A stretch of 63,745 bases of DNA, filler included, from Octopus bimaculoides (taxonomy: Eukaryota): the NCBI RefSeq assembly GCF_001194135.2. It is 7 parts of 7 records of this genome, joined end to end, with 100 filler letters (N's around TTAATTAATTAA, not from the genome) between each part and the next. Parts side by side here need not be neighbours in the genome. Positions count along the whole stretch, not along the records: positions 1 to 8,215 come from NC_068997.1; positions 8,316 to 17,109 come from NC_068995.1; 5 more parts are not named here. One strand, given 5' to 3'. Positions 1 through 12,866 of this stretch are shown here, one piece after another (positions within the stretch are counted from its first letter, which is position 1; every line of letters starts with the position of its first letter). The notes beneath the pieces are model-generated. The model searched no databases and was not told the DNA's origin. It saw nothing but the letters and a program-made list of their open reading frames with translations. The translations under genes and the position numbers were made by a program.

Positions 1-248
1 TATATATATATATATATATATACACCTACTTACAAGCGTCGTCTGGTCAATGCTGGTTCACTTACGTACACATAATTTAACTGCCTTACAAGTGGATTTC
101 CCCATCAATACCAAAAACTGAACAAGTTCAAATATTAAATTTATTAAAAGTTTTGCTAAAGATTATGATCTCACACGTTTTATGTCCATATACGTTACAA
201 ACATTATGTGGTCTGTCTGTGTATGTGTGTGTGTGTGTGTGTAAGCAC

Positions 249-480
249 AAGTATTCTTTTATTCTTTTATTCTGCTATTGAGTTCAGTAATTTGACGGCG
301 ATCATACTGGAGCATCGCCTTGAAGGATGTTAGTCGAAGACATCGATCAAGGACTTATTTTTTGTAAGTGGAGTACTTATTCTATCGGTCTCTTTTGCCT
401 AATCGTTAAGTTACTGGGACATACACACATCAGCATCGGTTCTCAAGCGTTGGCGGGGGGGAGGCAAACACACACACATA
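249..480 (-). mobile_element. SINE family A, 3' half
   Basis: Similar to the 61795-62190 and 40970-41162 copies; ends in the internal microsatellite. Confidence 0.8.
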
Positions 481-500
481 CATACATACATACATACACA

Positions 501-541
<41 letters not shown>

Positions 542-1746
542 CGAAAATCCGTTTTGCTAAGGTATGATACGTGTTCATGAGAGTCTTGGCAATGAATGAG
601 ATTCAGCCGAAATAAGACCACACCTAGAAATTATTTGCACAACTAAATCATATTAAAACCATTTAAAACACGAAGGCCACCTGCCAAGCGCAAAGTGTAT
701 TCGCTCAGCATGCTGTAACTGCTACAGTCTCTGTCAATGTAAACAAGATTATTAACCAAAATACAGAGAAAGCTTTATCAATAACCATCCTGACAATTAT
801 ATTCAAACGAAAATAACAGCTTACCAACTGTCGTGATATATTCGACGTATGTGTAACAATAGGTACCACGTTTATATCTCAACGACGTTTTGTTCACGGT
901 CTCTTCATCAAAGAATGTATCGATCGAAAAGCCTTTTGATCGAATGACGTTTAATCGAAAATTCTTTTTATGGAAAATCGTTTGTACCTAAACTGGTTTT
1001 TATCGAACAACTTTCCGTTGCAGGGCTGTTATTTATCAAAAGGATTTCTTATCAAAGCACATTTTCATTCAATAATTATAGAAAGAAATATGAGCAATTA
1101 AAACTCTAAATCAGTTTTATGTACAGATAATATTTAATAAGAAGTGTGTGTTACTGATCGCGGATATTTTTTATAATTTAGAATAATATTCTATATTAAA
1201 TAATGTTCAATATAATTAATTTCATTTTTATATAGGATAATTAAGGAATCTACTTCTCTTGTAAATAAAAATGTGTACATGCATGTGAAAGTGTGTCTAT
1301 GTATGTGTGTGTGTGAAGCTCTGCGTTTGTGCGTGTGTGTGTAGATGAAATCACTTCATTACACATGTATTTGAATGGTTCTAATTTGGGGGCACTTCTA
1401 TATAACAATATGTTTGTTTTATTCTCTAAATTTTAACGGAGGAAAATCACTGTTTAATCGTTGTCCAAACCATGTGACTAATTTAGTTAATTTTTCTTAA
1501 TCGTCACGGATCAGGCTACTTTTGAGATGCGATAAAAGGTGTTTCGATGTAAAATCGTTTTGATAGAATATAACATTTTATCTATGTCATTTGTTATGCA
1601 GCCTAAAGAACGACGGCGTTTGAAATAAAGGTTAAATACTTACAGGTCACGGTACCCTTGATGAAATAACTAAGCATAATTCCTTAACTAGATCTTTCGG
1701 GTTGCCTACACAATTGCGAAAGGAGGGCTGATGTTTGTGTAAAGCA

Positions 1747-1968
1747 ATATTCCTTTCTACTCTGGGCACAAGACCTGAAATTTTTGGGGAGGGGGGGGGC
1801 AATCGATTAGATCGACCCCAGTACGCAACTGGTACGTAATTTATCGATCTCCAAAGGAGGAAAGGCAAAATCGACCTCGGTGGAATTTGAACTCAGAACG
1901 TAAAAACAGACGAAATACCGGTAAGCATTTCGCCCGGCGCGATAACGTTTCTGCCACCTCGCCGCCTT
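1747..1968 (-). mobile_element. tRNA-derived SINE family B
   Basis: On minus: A-box-like TGGCAGAAACGTT and B-box-like GAGTTCAAATTCC; matches copies at 2692, 27735, 60048 and 62506. Confidence 0.85.
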
Positions 1969-2214
1969 ATATGTCATGCAATATTAAGATTAATACACAT
2001 TCTGTGAAGGGATAAGAGATCTAGCGGGGTCTTGTACAAGAATGAATATGGTTAAGAGAAAAAGCGATAAACACTGTATCGTGTCTATCACTGTTAAGTA
2101 TTTTAACACATATTTCATATATACGTTTAAATGAGGACGTTTGAGTATGTGTAAATAAACATAAACACACATGCACACATATATACCCATGTTATATACA
2201 TATCCATTTATGTA

Positions 2215-2262
<48 letters not shown>

Positions 2263-2691
2263 CATACATATATATATATATACACATATATTTATGTGCA
2301 TATGCATATGGATACATATACATACATGTACATATAAGCATATATGCATTTTTTATGTATGAATGTATGCGTGCATATGTATATGTGTTTGTGTACACAC
2401 ACAACACACACACATAGACAGAGAGAGATAAAGAAATAAATGAGACAGACGCTGATAACATGAAACTAAATTAGCCAATGGGAAGCGTGAGTTCTTCGAT
2501 ATTTTTTATATCTTTTTATTTTTTATTTTCCATATTTTTTTTATTTTTATATTTTCTAGCTGTTCTATATTTCGATGGTAAAGTACAATCTTTCATATAA
2601 ATATGTGCCAAAAGTGCCAGTGAAAGAAAAATATACGCCCTAAGATATTGCACAATTCACACATTCTGATGTAATATTGATTTCCAATTTC

Positions 2692-2836
2692 AAGGCGGTG
2701 AGCTGGCAGAAACATTAGCAGGTCGGGCGAAATGCTTAGCGGTGTTTCGTCTGTCTTTATGTTCTGAGTTCAAATTCCGTCGAGATCGACTTTGCCTTTC
2801 ATCCTTTCGGGGTCTAAATTAAGTACCTGTTGCATA
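2692..2836 (+). mobile_element. SINE family B, 5' part (left arm of the foldback)
   Basis: aaggcggtgagctggcagaaac...gagttcaaattcc head. Confidence 0.85.
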
Positions 2837-2942
2837 GATCGCCTCAGTATGCAACAGGTACTTAATTTAGACCCCGAAAGGATGAAAGGTAAAGTCGATC
2901 TCGACGGAATTAGAACTCAGAACATAAAGACAGACGAAACAC
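2742..2942. repeat. Foldback of a SINE: 95-bp arms, 11-nt loop, 93/95 identity
   Basis: Arms 2742-2836 and 2848-2942 compared by hand. Confidence 0.95.
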
Positions 2943-3781
2943 TTTTGGAGTTTAAAACTTAGGTCGATATAAATGACATCCATTTCCCAGAACTTGGTGG
3001 CCTTCTATCAAAATTCTAAACCAGATTTAATGAGAATCTTCGTCCGACTTAAAACGTCAATCTGTGAAGGTTATTGCTGTTTATACTTCCTGAATGTCGC
3101 ATCTGAATTTTCGTAAATCGTAGAATCTACGGAAAATGGCTAATAGCTTAGCTAATGAAATTAGATAACCTCTTATCTTGTATTACGAATTTTTCTCCCA
3201 TTCTTTATCGCAGCTGATAGATAGATAGATAGATAGATAGATAGACAGACATGAGACAGATAGATAAAAATATATAGGGATATACATACGTACATACATA
3301 AATACATGCATACATGCATACATACATACTTACATACATATATAATGTATATATACACATACTTAAATGGCAGATACAATTGCACGTGTGTGAGAGATAC
3401 AAAGGCAATTGTCACAAGAACACATTCCTGTCATGTTATTTATACTCAAACATCAGAACGTTAAAGCTTTCATTTCAAATTTCACGCAAACACATTTACA
3501 AGACGTCAGGACAATTTATGGTCATTATTTTTCGGTATGCAAAGAGAATAAAAAAGTATATTTACATATGTCTAAAGTTTGACAGCGAAAGACTTTAGAA
3601 ACTGTGAGATTAACTATTTTCAGTTAATTCAACGGTTTCTAATAAACGTTGTGTTGAATATAAGTAAGCATTAATTAATTACTGATTCATATATATGCAT
3701 ATATGCGTGTGTGTTTGTGCGTGTGTGTGCGCGTGTGTATGTGTGTGTGTTTATATACATTGGTATATGTGTGTGTTTATG

Positions 3782-3827
<46 letters not shown>

Positions 3828-3884
3828 TATATATATGAATACATAAATATGGACACACACTATCTATCTATCTCTGTGTATATA

Positions 3885-4111
3885 TTGGGTTGGTGTATAA
3901 TTATTGCGGCTTTTTCTTCAACAAATTTCATTCAACGAAAACTATAACAATATTTAACAAAAGCATCTTTAAATGGCGGTCGGGCTGTCTGCCAAGCAAA
4001 TGGGAAGCAGTAATTGAAGTACATGGTGAATATGCTCCGGAATAATCATTTAAAGAAGTTTTTGTTGAATAAAATTCGTTGAGAAAAAGCCACAATAATT
4101 ATACACCAACG

Positions 4112-4114
<3 letters not shown>
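3885..4114 (+). mobile_element. Mariner-derived MITE, 230 bp
   Basis: 33-bp TIRs (31/33) ttgggttggtgtataattattgcggc..., TA on both sides, internal remnant LPSKWEAVIEVHGEYAPE* of a mariner C-terminus. Confidence 0.9.
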
Positions 4115-4167
<53 letters not shown>

Positions 4168-4488
4168 ATGCACATAAGTATATAGATATACATTGGTATA
4201 TGTTTATATATATACCTATATTCACACAAATATATAAACGTGCATTAGTATGTGTTTATATATTTGTGTGTATGTGTGTATATGTATACATGTGTGTGTA
4301 TCTACGTGTCTATAATTATATGTATACAAATGTGTGTGTGTGTATGCGTGTGTGTGTGTTTGCCTTACTTCCGATATTTCAGAATATAATCCTGAAGGCT
4401 GTAGTTAGTAGAAGACATACTGGTGAGTCAGAATTTACTAAATCTTAAGGGTTAGATGCTTTATATTTGACTATAAGGCGCACCAAAG

Positions 4489-4532
<44 letters not shown>

Positions 4533-5084
4533 GTGTTATTATTATTAATTAATTAATTAATAACTGGATATGATTCAGAAAAGGAAGTTTATTAATAGCA
4601 TAAAATCTTCTCCTCACCCTCGTGGTTCTTTCCTATTAATTAAAACAATTTGCTTCTCTGCCCCAATATTCAACATTCTACATATGGTATTGAACATGGA
4701 ACATATGTACGATAGCTGATCCTATGAATTTGTTAAGAAACCTTACCATCGTGTTTTAATGAGAATTATCAAGCAGAAAAATATTCGGTGATCCCTGGTG
4801 GTCAGTTGCTGTTCTCTGGGGGAGATAATAATTTCTACGTAATCTTTGCCGGGATTAGAAATCTGCAATTTAACATGGAAGAACATGGAAGAAAGATGCT
4901 TAGAATGGACATATTTAGCTATTTATTTGCTTACATATTACGAAAACCTTAAAATTTCTAATAATTAGCTGATCATATAGAGAGCACCATTTCATTCCTT
5001 TTAGAAATTGTCAGCTTGACATAAACCGGGATATTTTATTTTTTACTTGTTTCAGTCATTAGACTGCAGCCATGCTGGGGCATC

Positions 5085-5335
5085 GCACATGTGGCAAAGC
5101 ACTTCCCAGATAGGCGCACCCTTAACATAGTTCTCGGGGAGATTCTGTATAACACAGAATGTGACAAGGCTGGCCCTTTGAATTACTGGTACTATTAAGT
5201 TTTTGTTATCTGAGTGGATTGGGCCAACGTGACATAAATTGCCTTGCTCAATAATTCAGCGCACCACTTGATATCGAACTCACGACCTTACGTTCGCGAT
5301 CTGGGTACACCTAACCACTGAGCCACTCATCTTCA
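5085..5335 (-). mobile_element. tRNA-derived SINE family E
   Basis: Minus-strand A box TGGCTCAGTGGTTAG and B box GAGTTCGAT; body shared with 45666-45985. Confidence 0.75.
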
Positions 5336-6899
5336 GTTAGGCTTCTTGTATACAGCTAATATGAAATTCTCTTCGGTTCCTGATTCTGCATAAAAACTGA
5401 GGAATGCAGGTCCAGACATTCACACTGCAACCTAAACGATCCACCACCAGGTGTCAGTGTATACAGTATCGACCTCAGTTTGGTCAATGCAAAGTACGCC
5501 TAGAACAACAGATTTATGAATCGTACGCAGCTGTTTTGCCGACTGCCAAACCGGGTATTATATATATATCGAATCATTCAGAGCTGACCTAAAGGTCACA
5601 AGGCGACAGGATAATGAAAGACGGCGTCGACGACAACCACAATGACGATGACGATGACGATGACAGCAATGACGGTGATGACAATAACGTCGAAACAAGG
5701 ACATGTAGATTTTCAACAATGTGATTTCGAGAAAACAACCTCAGGGGAGTGTTCTGTTTACTAAATACTTACACTCTACTGTCTTGAATTTGTCGTGTTG
5801 TGAGCCGAAAAGCATCAATCTTCTGAGATTATCAATGTAATTAAGAAACAAATTCACTATTCGAGGTGTTTCTCTCACACGCACATCCTACACACGTGCA
5901 TCATATATANNNNNNNNNNNNNNNNNNNNNNNNNNNNNNNNNNNNNNNNNNNNNNNNNNNNNNNNNNNNNNNNNNNNNNNNNNNNNNNNNNNNNNNNNNN
6001 NNNNNNNNNNNNNNNNNNNNNNNNNNNNNNNNNNNNNNNNNNNNNNNNNNNNNNNNNNNNNNNNNNNNNNNNNNNNNNNNNNNNNNNNNNNNNNNNNNNN
6101 NNNNNNNNNNNNNNNNNNNNNNNNNNNNNNNNNNNNNNNNNNNNNNNNNNNNNNNNNNNNNNNNNNNNNNNNNNNNNNNNNNNNNNNNNNNNNNNNNNNN
6201 NNNNNNNNNNNNNNNNNNNNNNNNNNNNNNNNNNNNNNNNNNNNNNNNNNNNNNNNNNNNNNNNNNNNNNNNNNNNNNNNNNNNNNNNNNNNNNNNNNNN
6301 NNNNNNNNNNNNNNNNNNNNNNNNNNNNNNNNNNNNNNNNNNNNNNNNNNNNNNNNNNNNNNNNNNNNNNNNNNNNNNNNNNNNNNNNNNNNNNNNNNNN
6401 NNNNNNNNNNNNNNNNNNNNNNNNNNNNNNNNNNNNNNNNNNNNNNNNNNNNNNNNNNNNNNNNNNNNNNNNNNNNNNNNNNNNNNNNNNNNNNNNNNNN
6501 NNNNNNNNNNNNNNNNNNNNNNNNNNNNNNNNNNNNNNNNNNNNNNNNNNNNNNNNNNNNNNNNNNNNNNNNNNNNNNNNNNNNNNNNNNNNNNNNNNNN
6601 NNNNNNNNNNNNNNNNNNNNNNNNNNNNNNNNNNNNNNNNNNNNNNNNNNNNNNNNNNNNNNNNNNNNNNNNNNNNNNNNNNNNNNNNNNNNNNNNNNNN
6701 NNNNNNNNNNNNNNNNNNNNNNNNNNNNNNNNNNNNNNNNNNNNNNNNNNNNNNNNNNNNNNNNNNNNNNNNNNNNNNNNNNNNNNNNNNNNNNNNNNNN
6801 NNNNNNNNNNNNNNNNNNNNNNNNNNNNNNNNNNNNNNNNNNNNNNNNNNNNNNNNNNNNNNNNNNNNNNNNNNNNNNNNNNNNNNNNNNNNNNNNNNN

Positions 6900-6946
<47 letters not shown>

Positions 6947-8153
6947 GATGCATGTATACAATTAGCATATACATGCACACGGATACAAGCATATATACAC
7001 ACATATAGTACATACATGCATGCATACATACATACATACATACATAAACATTATAAACATGCATATGTGCATGCGAACCACAATGCATACCAATTCGTAA
7101 AATATTAGCGTAAATGATAAATTTTTTCATGCGTAAGGGAGATAAATCCGAAATCAAATTCATAAAGAAATTGAATGTAGTATGTGTGAGTGTCCGTGCT
7201 TTTACTATATGTATGTATGCGTGTTCTTGCATATATGTAAATGATTGTGCATATGTGCATGTGTGTGTGTGTGGATGTGTTTGAGGATGTGGCCTGGGAA
7301 AGTCACTTCAGAGAGAAATGTACCCTGGCGTATATAGAAAGCTGCAAATATCTTAAGTTGTAAGACTGACATCAAGATAGACGGATTAGACATGTAATTA
7401 GAGAGACAGACAGACAGACAGAAAGAAACAGGGCGTGACTCGGGTGCAGTGAGGAAATGGAAGAGAGAGAAAGAGAGAGAGAGAGAGATAGAGAGAGAGA
7501 GATAGAGAGAGAGAGAGAAACTGGGAGTGTATGTGTAAGACAGGGAGATGTAGAGACGAACTGGTGTTTGGTGATAAAACGAACACAAAGACAACGAACG
7601 ACGATATTCGATGCCAAATGTTGATATAAATGTGTCACAAAGATACGAGAGACGAACGACTGCACTGCAATATCTGTGACAACAAAGTTTTGAAGCAAGT
7701 ATGTGCGTTCCAAGAAATATATTCCACCAATGAAACGTTCTCTGTGGCACCCTTAAATTCTGCTAGTGATTCGGTTAAATCTTTAACCCTTTTGTTTTTA
7801 CAGGAATCTATTCCCAAACTAATTGCACCAGTGTTCTAAAAGAACATCACCAGAAGTTCAGAAAGTGTTTTCTCTCTCCCTTCCTCAATCTTTCTCTCTC
7901 CCTGTAAATATATATATATATATACTAAAATATACAGACATATATATATCCGAGGCGGGGTGCGACCGTGTGTGCGTGCACGTGTGTGTATGTATATATG
8001 TGTTTTTGTGTGTGTTTATATATATACATATATAAATGTGTGTGTGTGTGTATACGTATGTATATATGTATAGATGGAGAGGGGGAATAAAAGATAAAGT
8101 AAGAGTCGTACAAAAGTTAGATGCATACATACATACATACATACACACATACA

Positions 8154-8215
<62 letters not shown>

Positions 8216-8259
8216 NNNNNNNNNNNNNNNNNNNNNNNNNNNNNNNNNNNNNNNNNNNN

Positions 8260-8271
8260 TTAATTAATTAA
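8260..8271. other. Synthetic six-frame-stop linker TTAATTAATTAA in a 100-bp gap (assembly artefact)
   Basis: Identical 44N+12+44N structure at 8260, 17154, 36521, 54144, 57695 and 62450. Confidence 0.95.
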
Positions 8272-8360
8272 NNNNNNNNNNNNNNNNNNNNNNNNNNNNN
8301 NNNNNNNNNNNNNNNATATATATATATATATATATATATACTATGTATATATACCTTATA

Positions 8361-9197
8361 CATCATCATCATCATCATCTTCATCGTTTAACGTCCGCTT
8401 TCCATGCTAGCATGGGTTGGATGATTCGACTGAGGACTGGTGGACCAGGAGGCGACACCAGGCTCCAATCTGATTCAGCAGAGTTTCTACAGCTGGATGC
8501 CCTTCCTAACGCCAACCACTCCGAGAGTGTAGTGGGTGTTTTACGTGCCACCGGAACAAGGGCCAGTCAGGCGGAACTGGCGACGGCCACGCTCAAAATG
8601 GTGTGTTTTACGTGCCACCTGCACAGGAGCCAGTCCATCGGCACTGGCAATGATCACGCTTGAATGTCTTTTCACGTGCCACTGGCACAAGTGCCAGGGA
8701 GACGATGTTGGTAACAATCAATGGCCACGCTCAAAATGGTGTATTTTACATGTCATCTGCACAGGAGCCAGTCCATCGGCACTGGCAACGATCTTGCTCG
8801 AATGTCCTTACACGTGCCACTGGCACTTGTGCTAGGAAGGCAATGAACGATCTTGCTCGAATGTCTTTTCACGTTCCACAGGCACAAGTGCCAGGAAGGT
8901 GACAAACGATCTTGCACGAATGTCTTTTCACATGCCACTGGCACAAGTGCTTGGAAGGCGACGTCAGTAACGATCACGTTGGTGCTATTTACGTGCCACA
9001 ATGGTACAGGTGCCATCTCAATTTCGCTTGCCCCAACAGGTCTTCGCAAGCCGAGTCTAGTGTTCCTACAAATTTGGTTCGATTCCGATTTCACTTGCCT
9101 CACCATGTCTTCGCAAGTGGAGTTTAGTGTCCAATGAAGGAATGTTACGCGTAAGTGGGCTGGTCTCACTTGGCTTGCCAGGTCTTCTCACGCACAG
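8361..9197 (-). mobile_element. RTE-clade LINE 3' end with tandem-repeat 3' UTR and (GAT)n tail
   Basis: (CAT)n-CGTTTAACGTCC terminus, 8 units of about 60 nt, ORF2 end ...VREKTWQAK*; runs into a gap. Confidence 0.85.
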
Positions 9198-9824
9198 NNN
9201 NNNNNNNNNNNNNNNNNNNNNNNNNNNNNNNNNNNNNNNNNNNNNNNNNNNNNNNNNNNNNNNNNNNNNNNNNNNNNNNNNNNNNNNNNNNNNNNNNNNN
9301 NNNNNNNNNNNNNNNNNNNNNNNNNNNNNNNNNNNNNNNNNNNNNNNNNNNNNNNNNNNNNNNNNNNNNNNNNNNNNNNNNNNNNNNNNNNNNNNNNNNN
9401 NNNNNNNNNNNNNNNNNNNNNNNNNNNNNNNNNNNNNNNNNNNNNNNNNNNNNNNNNNNNNNNNNNNNNNNNNNNNNNNNNNNNNNNNNNNNNNNNNNNN
9501 NNNNNNNNNNNNNNNNNNNNNNNNNNNNNNNNNNNNNNNNNNNNNNNNNNNNNNNNNNNNNNNNNNNNNNNNNNNNNNNNNNNNNNNNNNNNNNNNNNNN
9601 NNNNNNNNNNNNNNNNNNNNNNNNNNNNNNNNNNNNNNNNNNNNNNNNNNNNNNNNNNNNNNNNNNNNNNNNNNNNNNNNNNNNNNNNNNNNNNNNNNNN
9701 NNNNNNNNNNNNNNNNNNNNNNNNNNNNNNNNNNNNNNNNNNNNNNNNNNNNNNNNNNNNNNNNNNNNNNNNNNNNNNNNNNNNNNATATATATATATAT
9801 ATATATATATATACACGTGTGTAT

Positions 9825-10660
9825 ATCATCATCATTTAATGCCTGTTTTCTATGCTGGCATGAGTTGGACAGTTTGATAGAAGCTGACCAGCTGAAGGGC
9901 TGTTTTGGCATAGTTTTTACAGCTGGACGCCTTTCATATCGCCAACCACTTTACAGAGTATACTGGGTGCATTTTACATGGCACCAGCACTTACAAGTCC
10001 ACAAGATTGGGAATGTTCAGCTTGAGAGAGTTGCAAGGGATGAATCTGAACGTGTCTTTTCAAGCATGGAAAAAAACACTAAGTGTCTTGGTCCCTTGTC
10101 TCTTCTGCAAGTCTCAATGTTTGTAGATCCTTTCTTTGTCCCACATCTTCCCTCTACAATTAGAGATCAACACCTCTTGATGCAACTGTTCACATTGATA
10201 TGCATTACGTGGCCATACCACCACTGTCTTCTCTCTTACACACTACATTTGACGCTACGTATACCCAGTTTTTCTCAAATCACACCGTTGTATATACACA
10301 CTGACATTACCCATCCAGCAAATCATACTGACTTAATTTCTCTCAAGTCTTTGCATATCCTCAGTAGTCACAGTCCATATCTCACTGCCATGTAGCATAG
10401 CTGTCCATACACAGGCATCATACAATCTGCCTCCCACTGAGGGAGAGGCCCTTTGCTACTAACTGAGGTAGTAGCTCTCTGAACTTTACCCAGCCAATTC
10501 TTATTCTAATAGCTAAGCTTTCAGAACAACCACCCCGACTAATAACTTGATCATCCAAGTAGCAGAAAGCGTCTACTACTTCTAAGGATCACCCCTGACA
10601 TTTGAGGATGTCTATTTTTCATACATTCCTAGAGTTTGATGTACCTGCACATCTGCCACA
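9825..10660 (-). mobile_element. Older RTE LINE, 3' part (interrupted at 10660)
   Basis: Decayed ORF2 C-terminus and 3' UTR; continues at 11555. Confidence 0.8.
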
Positions 10661-11554
10661 TCATCATCATCATCATCATCGTTTAACGTCCGCTCTCCAT
10701 GCTAGCATGGGTTGGACGATTTGACTGAGGACTGGTGCAACCGGATGGCTACACCAGGCTCCAATCTAATTTGGCAGAGTTTCTACAGCTGGATGCCCTT
10801 CCTAACGCCAACTACTCAGAGAGTGTAGTGGGTGCTTTTACGTGTCACCCGCACGAAAACGGCCACGCTCGAAATGGTGTCTTTTATGTGCCACCCGCAC
10901 AAGAGCCAGTCCAGGGGCACTGGCAACAATCTCGCTCGAAAACCCTACAAGGCCAGTCAGGCGGTACTGGCAACGGTCNNNNNNNNNNNNNNNNNNNNNN
11001 NNNNNNNNNNNNNNNNNNNNNNNNNNNNNNNNNNNNNNNNNNNNNNNNNNNNNNNNNNNNNNNNNNNNNNNNNNNNNNNNNNNNNNNNNNNNNNNNNNNN
11101 NNNNNNNNNNNNNNNNNNNNNNNNNNNNNNNNNNNNNNNNNNNNNNNNNNNNNNNNNNNNNNNNNNNNNNNNNNNNNNNNNNNNNNNNNNNNNNNNNNNN
11201 NNNNNNNNNNNNNNNNNNNNNNNNNNNNNNNNNNNNNNNNNNNNNNNNNNNNNNNNGTCTCTCTTGCACACCACTACTGATGCTTCTTATGTTCAGCTTT
11301 TCTCTCAAGATACTTACACTCTGACGGGTATGCACATTTACATTACACAGCATACTGGCTTCATTCCTTGCGAGCTTACGCATGTCCTCAGCAGTTACAG
11401 CCCATGTTTCACTGCCATGTAGCATGGCTGTTCGTACACATGCGTCATACAGTCTGCCTTTTACTCTGAGTGAGAGTCCCTTTGTCGCCAGCAGAGGTAA
11501 GAGCTCTCTAAACTTGGCCCAGGCTATTCTTATTCTAGCAGTTACACTTTCAGC
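10661..11554 (-). mobile_element. Younger 5'-truncated RTE nested in the older RTE
   Basis: (CAT)n tail at 10661; ORF MLHGSETWAVTAEDMRKLARNEASML. Confidence 0.85.
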
Positions 11555-12204
11555 CCTTCCTCTGATATTGCTGCACCTGTTATGTGTCCATAGCTTACAC
11601 CAAGTACATCTTATGGAGATTCTACCTATGCCTTAACTACAGATCGAGCAGGGCCATCTGCAATTTGTTTTGCTACTTATCAATACTTTGGTCTTTGCTA
11701 TGTTAACTCTAAGGCCCTTTGATTCCAGACCTTGCTTCCATACCTGAAATTTCTTCTCTAGTTCTGGTAGCGATTCAGCAATAAGAACAAGGTCATCAGC
11801 ATAGAGGAGCTCCCAGGGACAGCCAGTCTTAAACTCCTCAGTCACAGCTTGGAGAGAGCGGGCTAAGAACTGACCCCTGGTGAACTTTTAATTGTACACT
11901 AAACTCCATGCTATACTCATTAGCAACTCTCACCATACTAACAGCATCCCTGTACATGGCTTGTTCAACTATCTTTAACCACTCATCTATCCTTAGCTTC
12001 CACATTGCCCATCAGATAAGGGAGTGGGGGACTCTGTCAAAGGCTTTCTCCATGTCAAAAACCAGAAAGAGTGGTTTATTTTTGGCTAGGTATTTCTCCT
12101 GCAGTTGTCTCACCAGGAAGTTAGTATCGGTGGTGACACAAATCCAAACTGCATCTCATCTATGCTAACTTTCTCCCTAATTGAGCTATGACCCTTTCTG
12201 CAAC
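11555..12204 (-). mobile_element. Older RTE LINE, RT domain part
   Basis: CPWELLYADDLVLIAES and MEKAFDRVP motifs; stops and frameshifts. Confidence 0.85.
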
Positions 12205-12308
12205 TATATATATGTCCAATCCATGCCAGCATGGACAACAGACGCTAAATGATGATGATTATGTGTGTGTGTGTGTGTGTGTGTGTGTACATATAAGTAT
12301 ATACATGT

Positions 12309-12409
<101 letters not shown>

Positions 12410-12444
12410 TATCTATATGTATGTACATATAAGTATATATGCAT

Positions 12445-12788
12445 ATGAACGAGGACAGCTGCATCAAGAAGTGCAGATCAATAACTGTGGAATAAACCTC
12501 TGGAAGAGATAGACCCAGAAAGACATGGGACAAAGGATTCAAGCATGATCTTCGGATGTTGGGTCTCACGGAGGCAATGACAAATGATCGAGACTTTTGG
12601 CTGTTTGCTGTGCTTGAGAAGACTCGTCAGGCCAAGTGAAATCGTAATCGTGGAGTGCCGATGACACGTAAAAGGCACCCACTATACTCTTGGAGTGGTT
12701 GGCATTAGGAAGAGCATTCAGCCATAGAAACCAGTCTAAGTGTTTAATCCATGCCAGCATGAAAAATAGACACTAAAGGATGTTGATG

Positions 12789-12789
<1 letters not shown>
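12445..12789 (+). mobile_element. RTE 3' fragment
   Basis: RPRKTWD...GLTEAMTNDRD..AVLEKTRQAK* plus a short 3' UTR. Confidence 0.8.

Positions 12790-12866
<77 letters not shown>

Noticed and set aside
800-4830. Possible minus-strand exons ending at GTAAG donors (about 825 and 4747)
   Set aside because: Short open frames with no recognisable homology; such sites are expected by chance.
8539-9018. CRISPR-like array (conserved palindromic repeats with variable inserts)
   Set aside because: Whole units are homologous with no unique spacers, they sit in an RTE 3' UTR in a eukaryote, and there are no cas genes.
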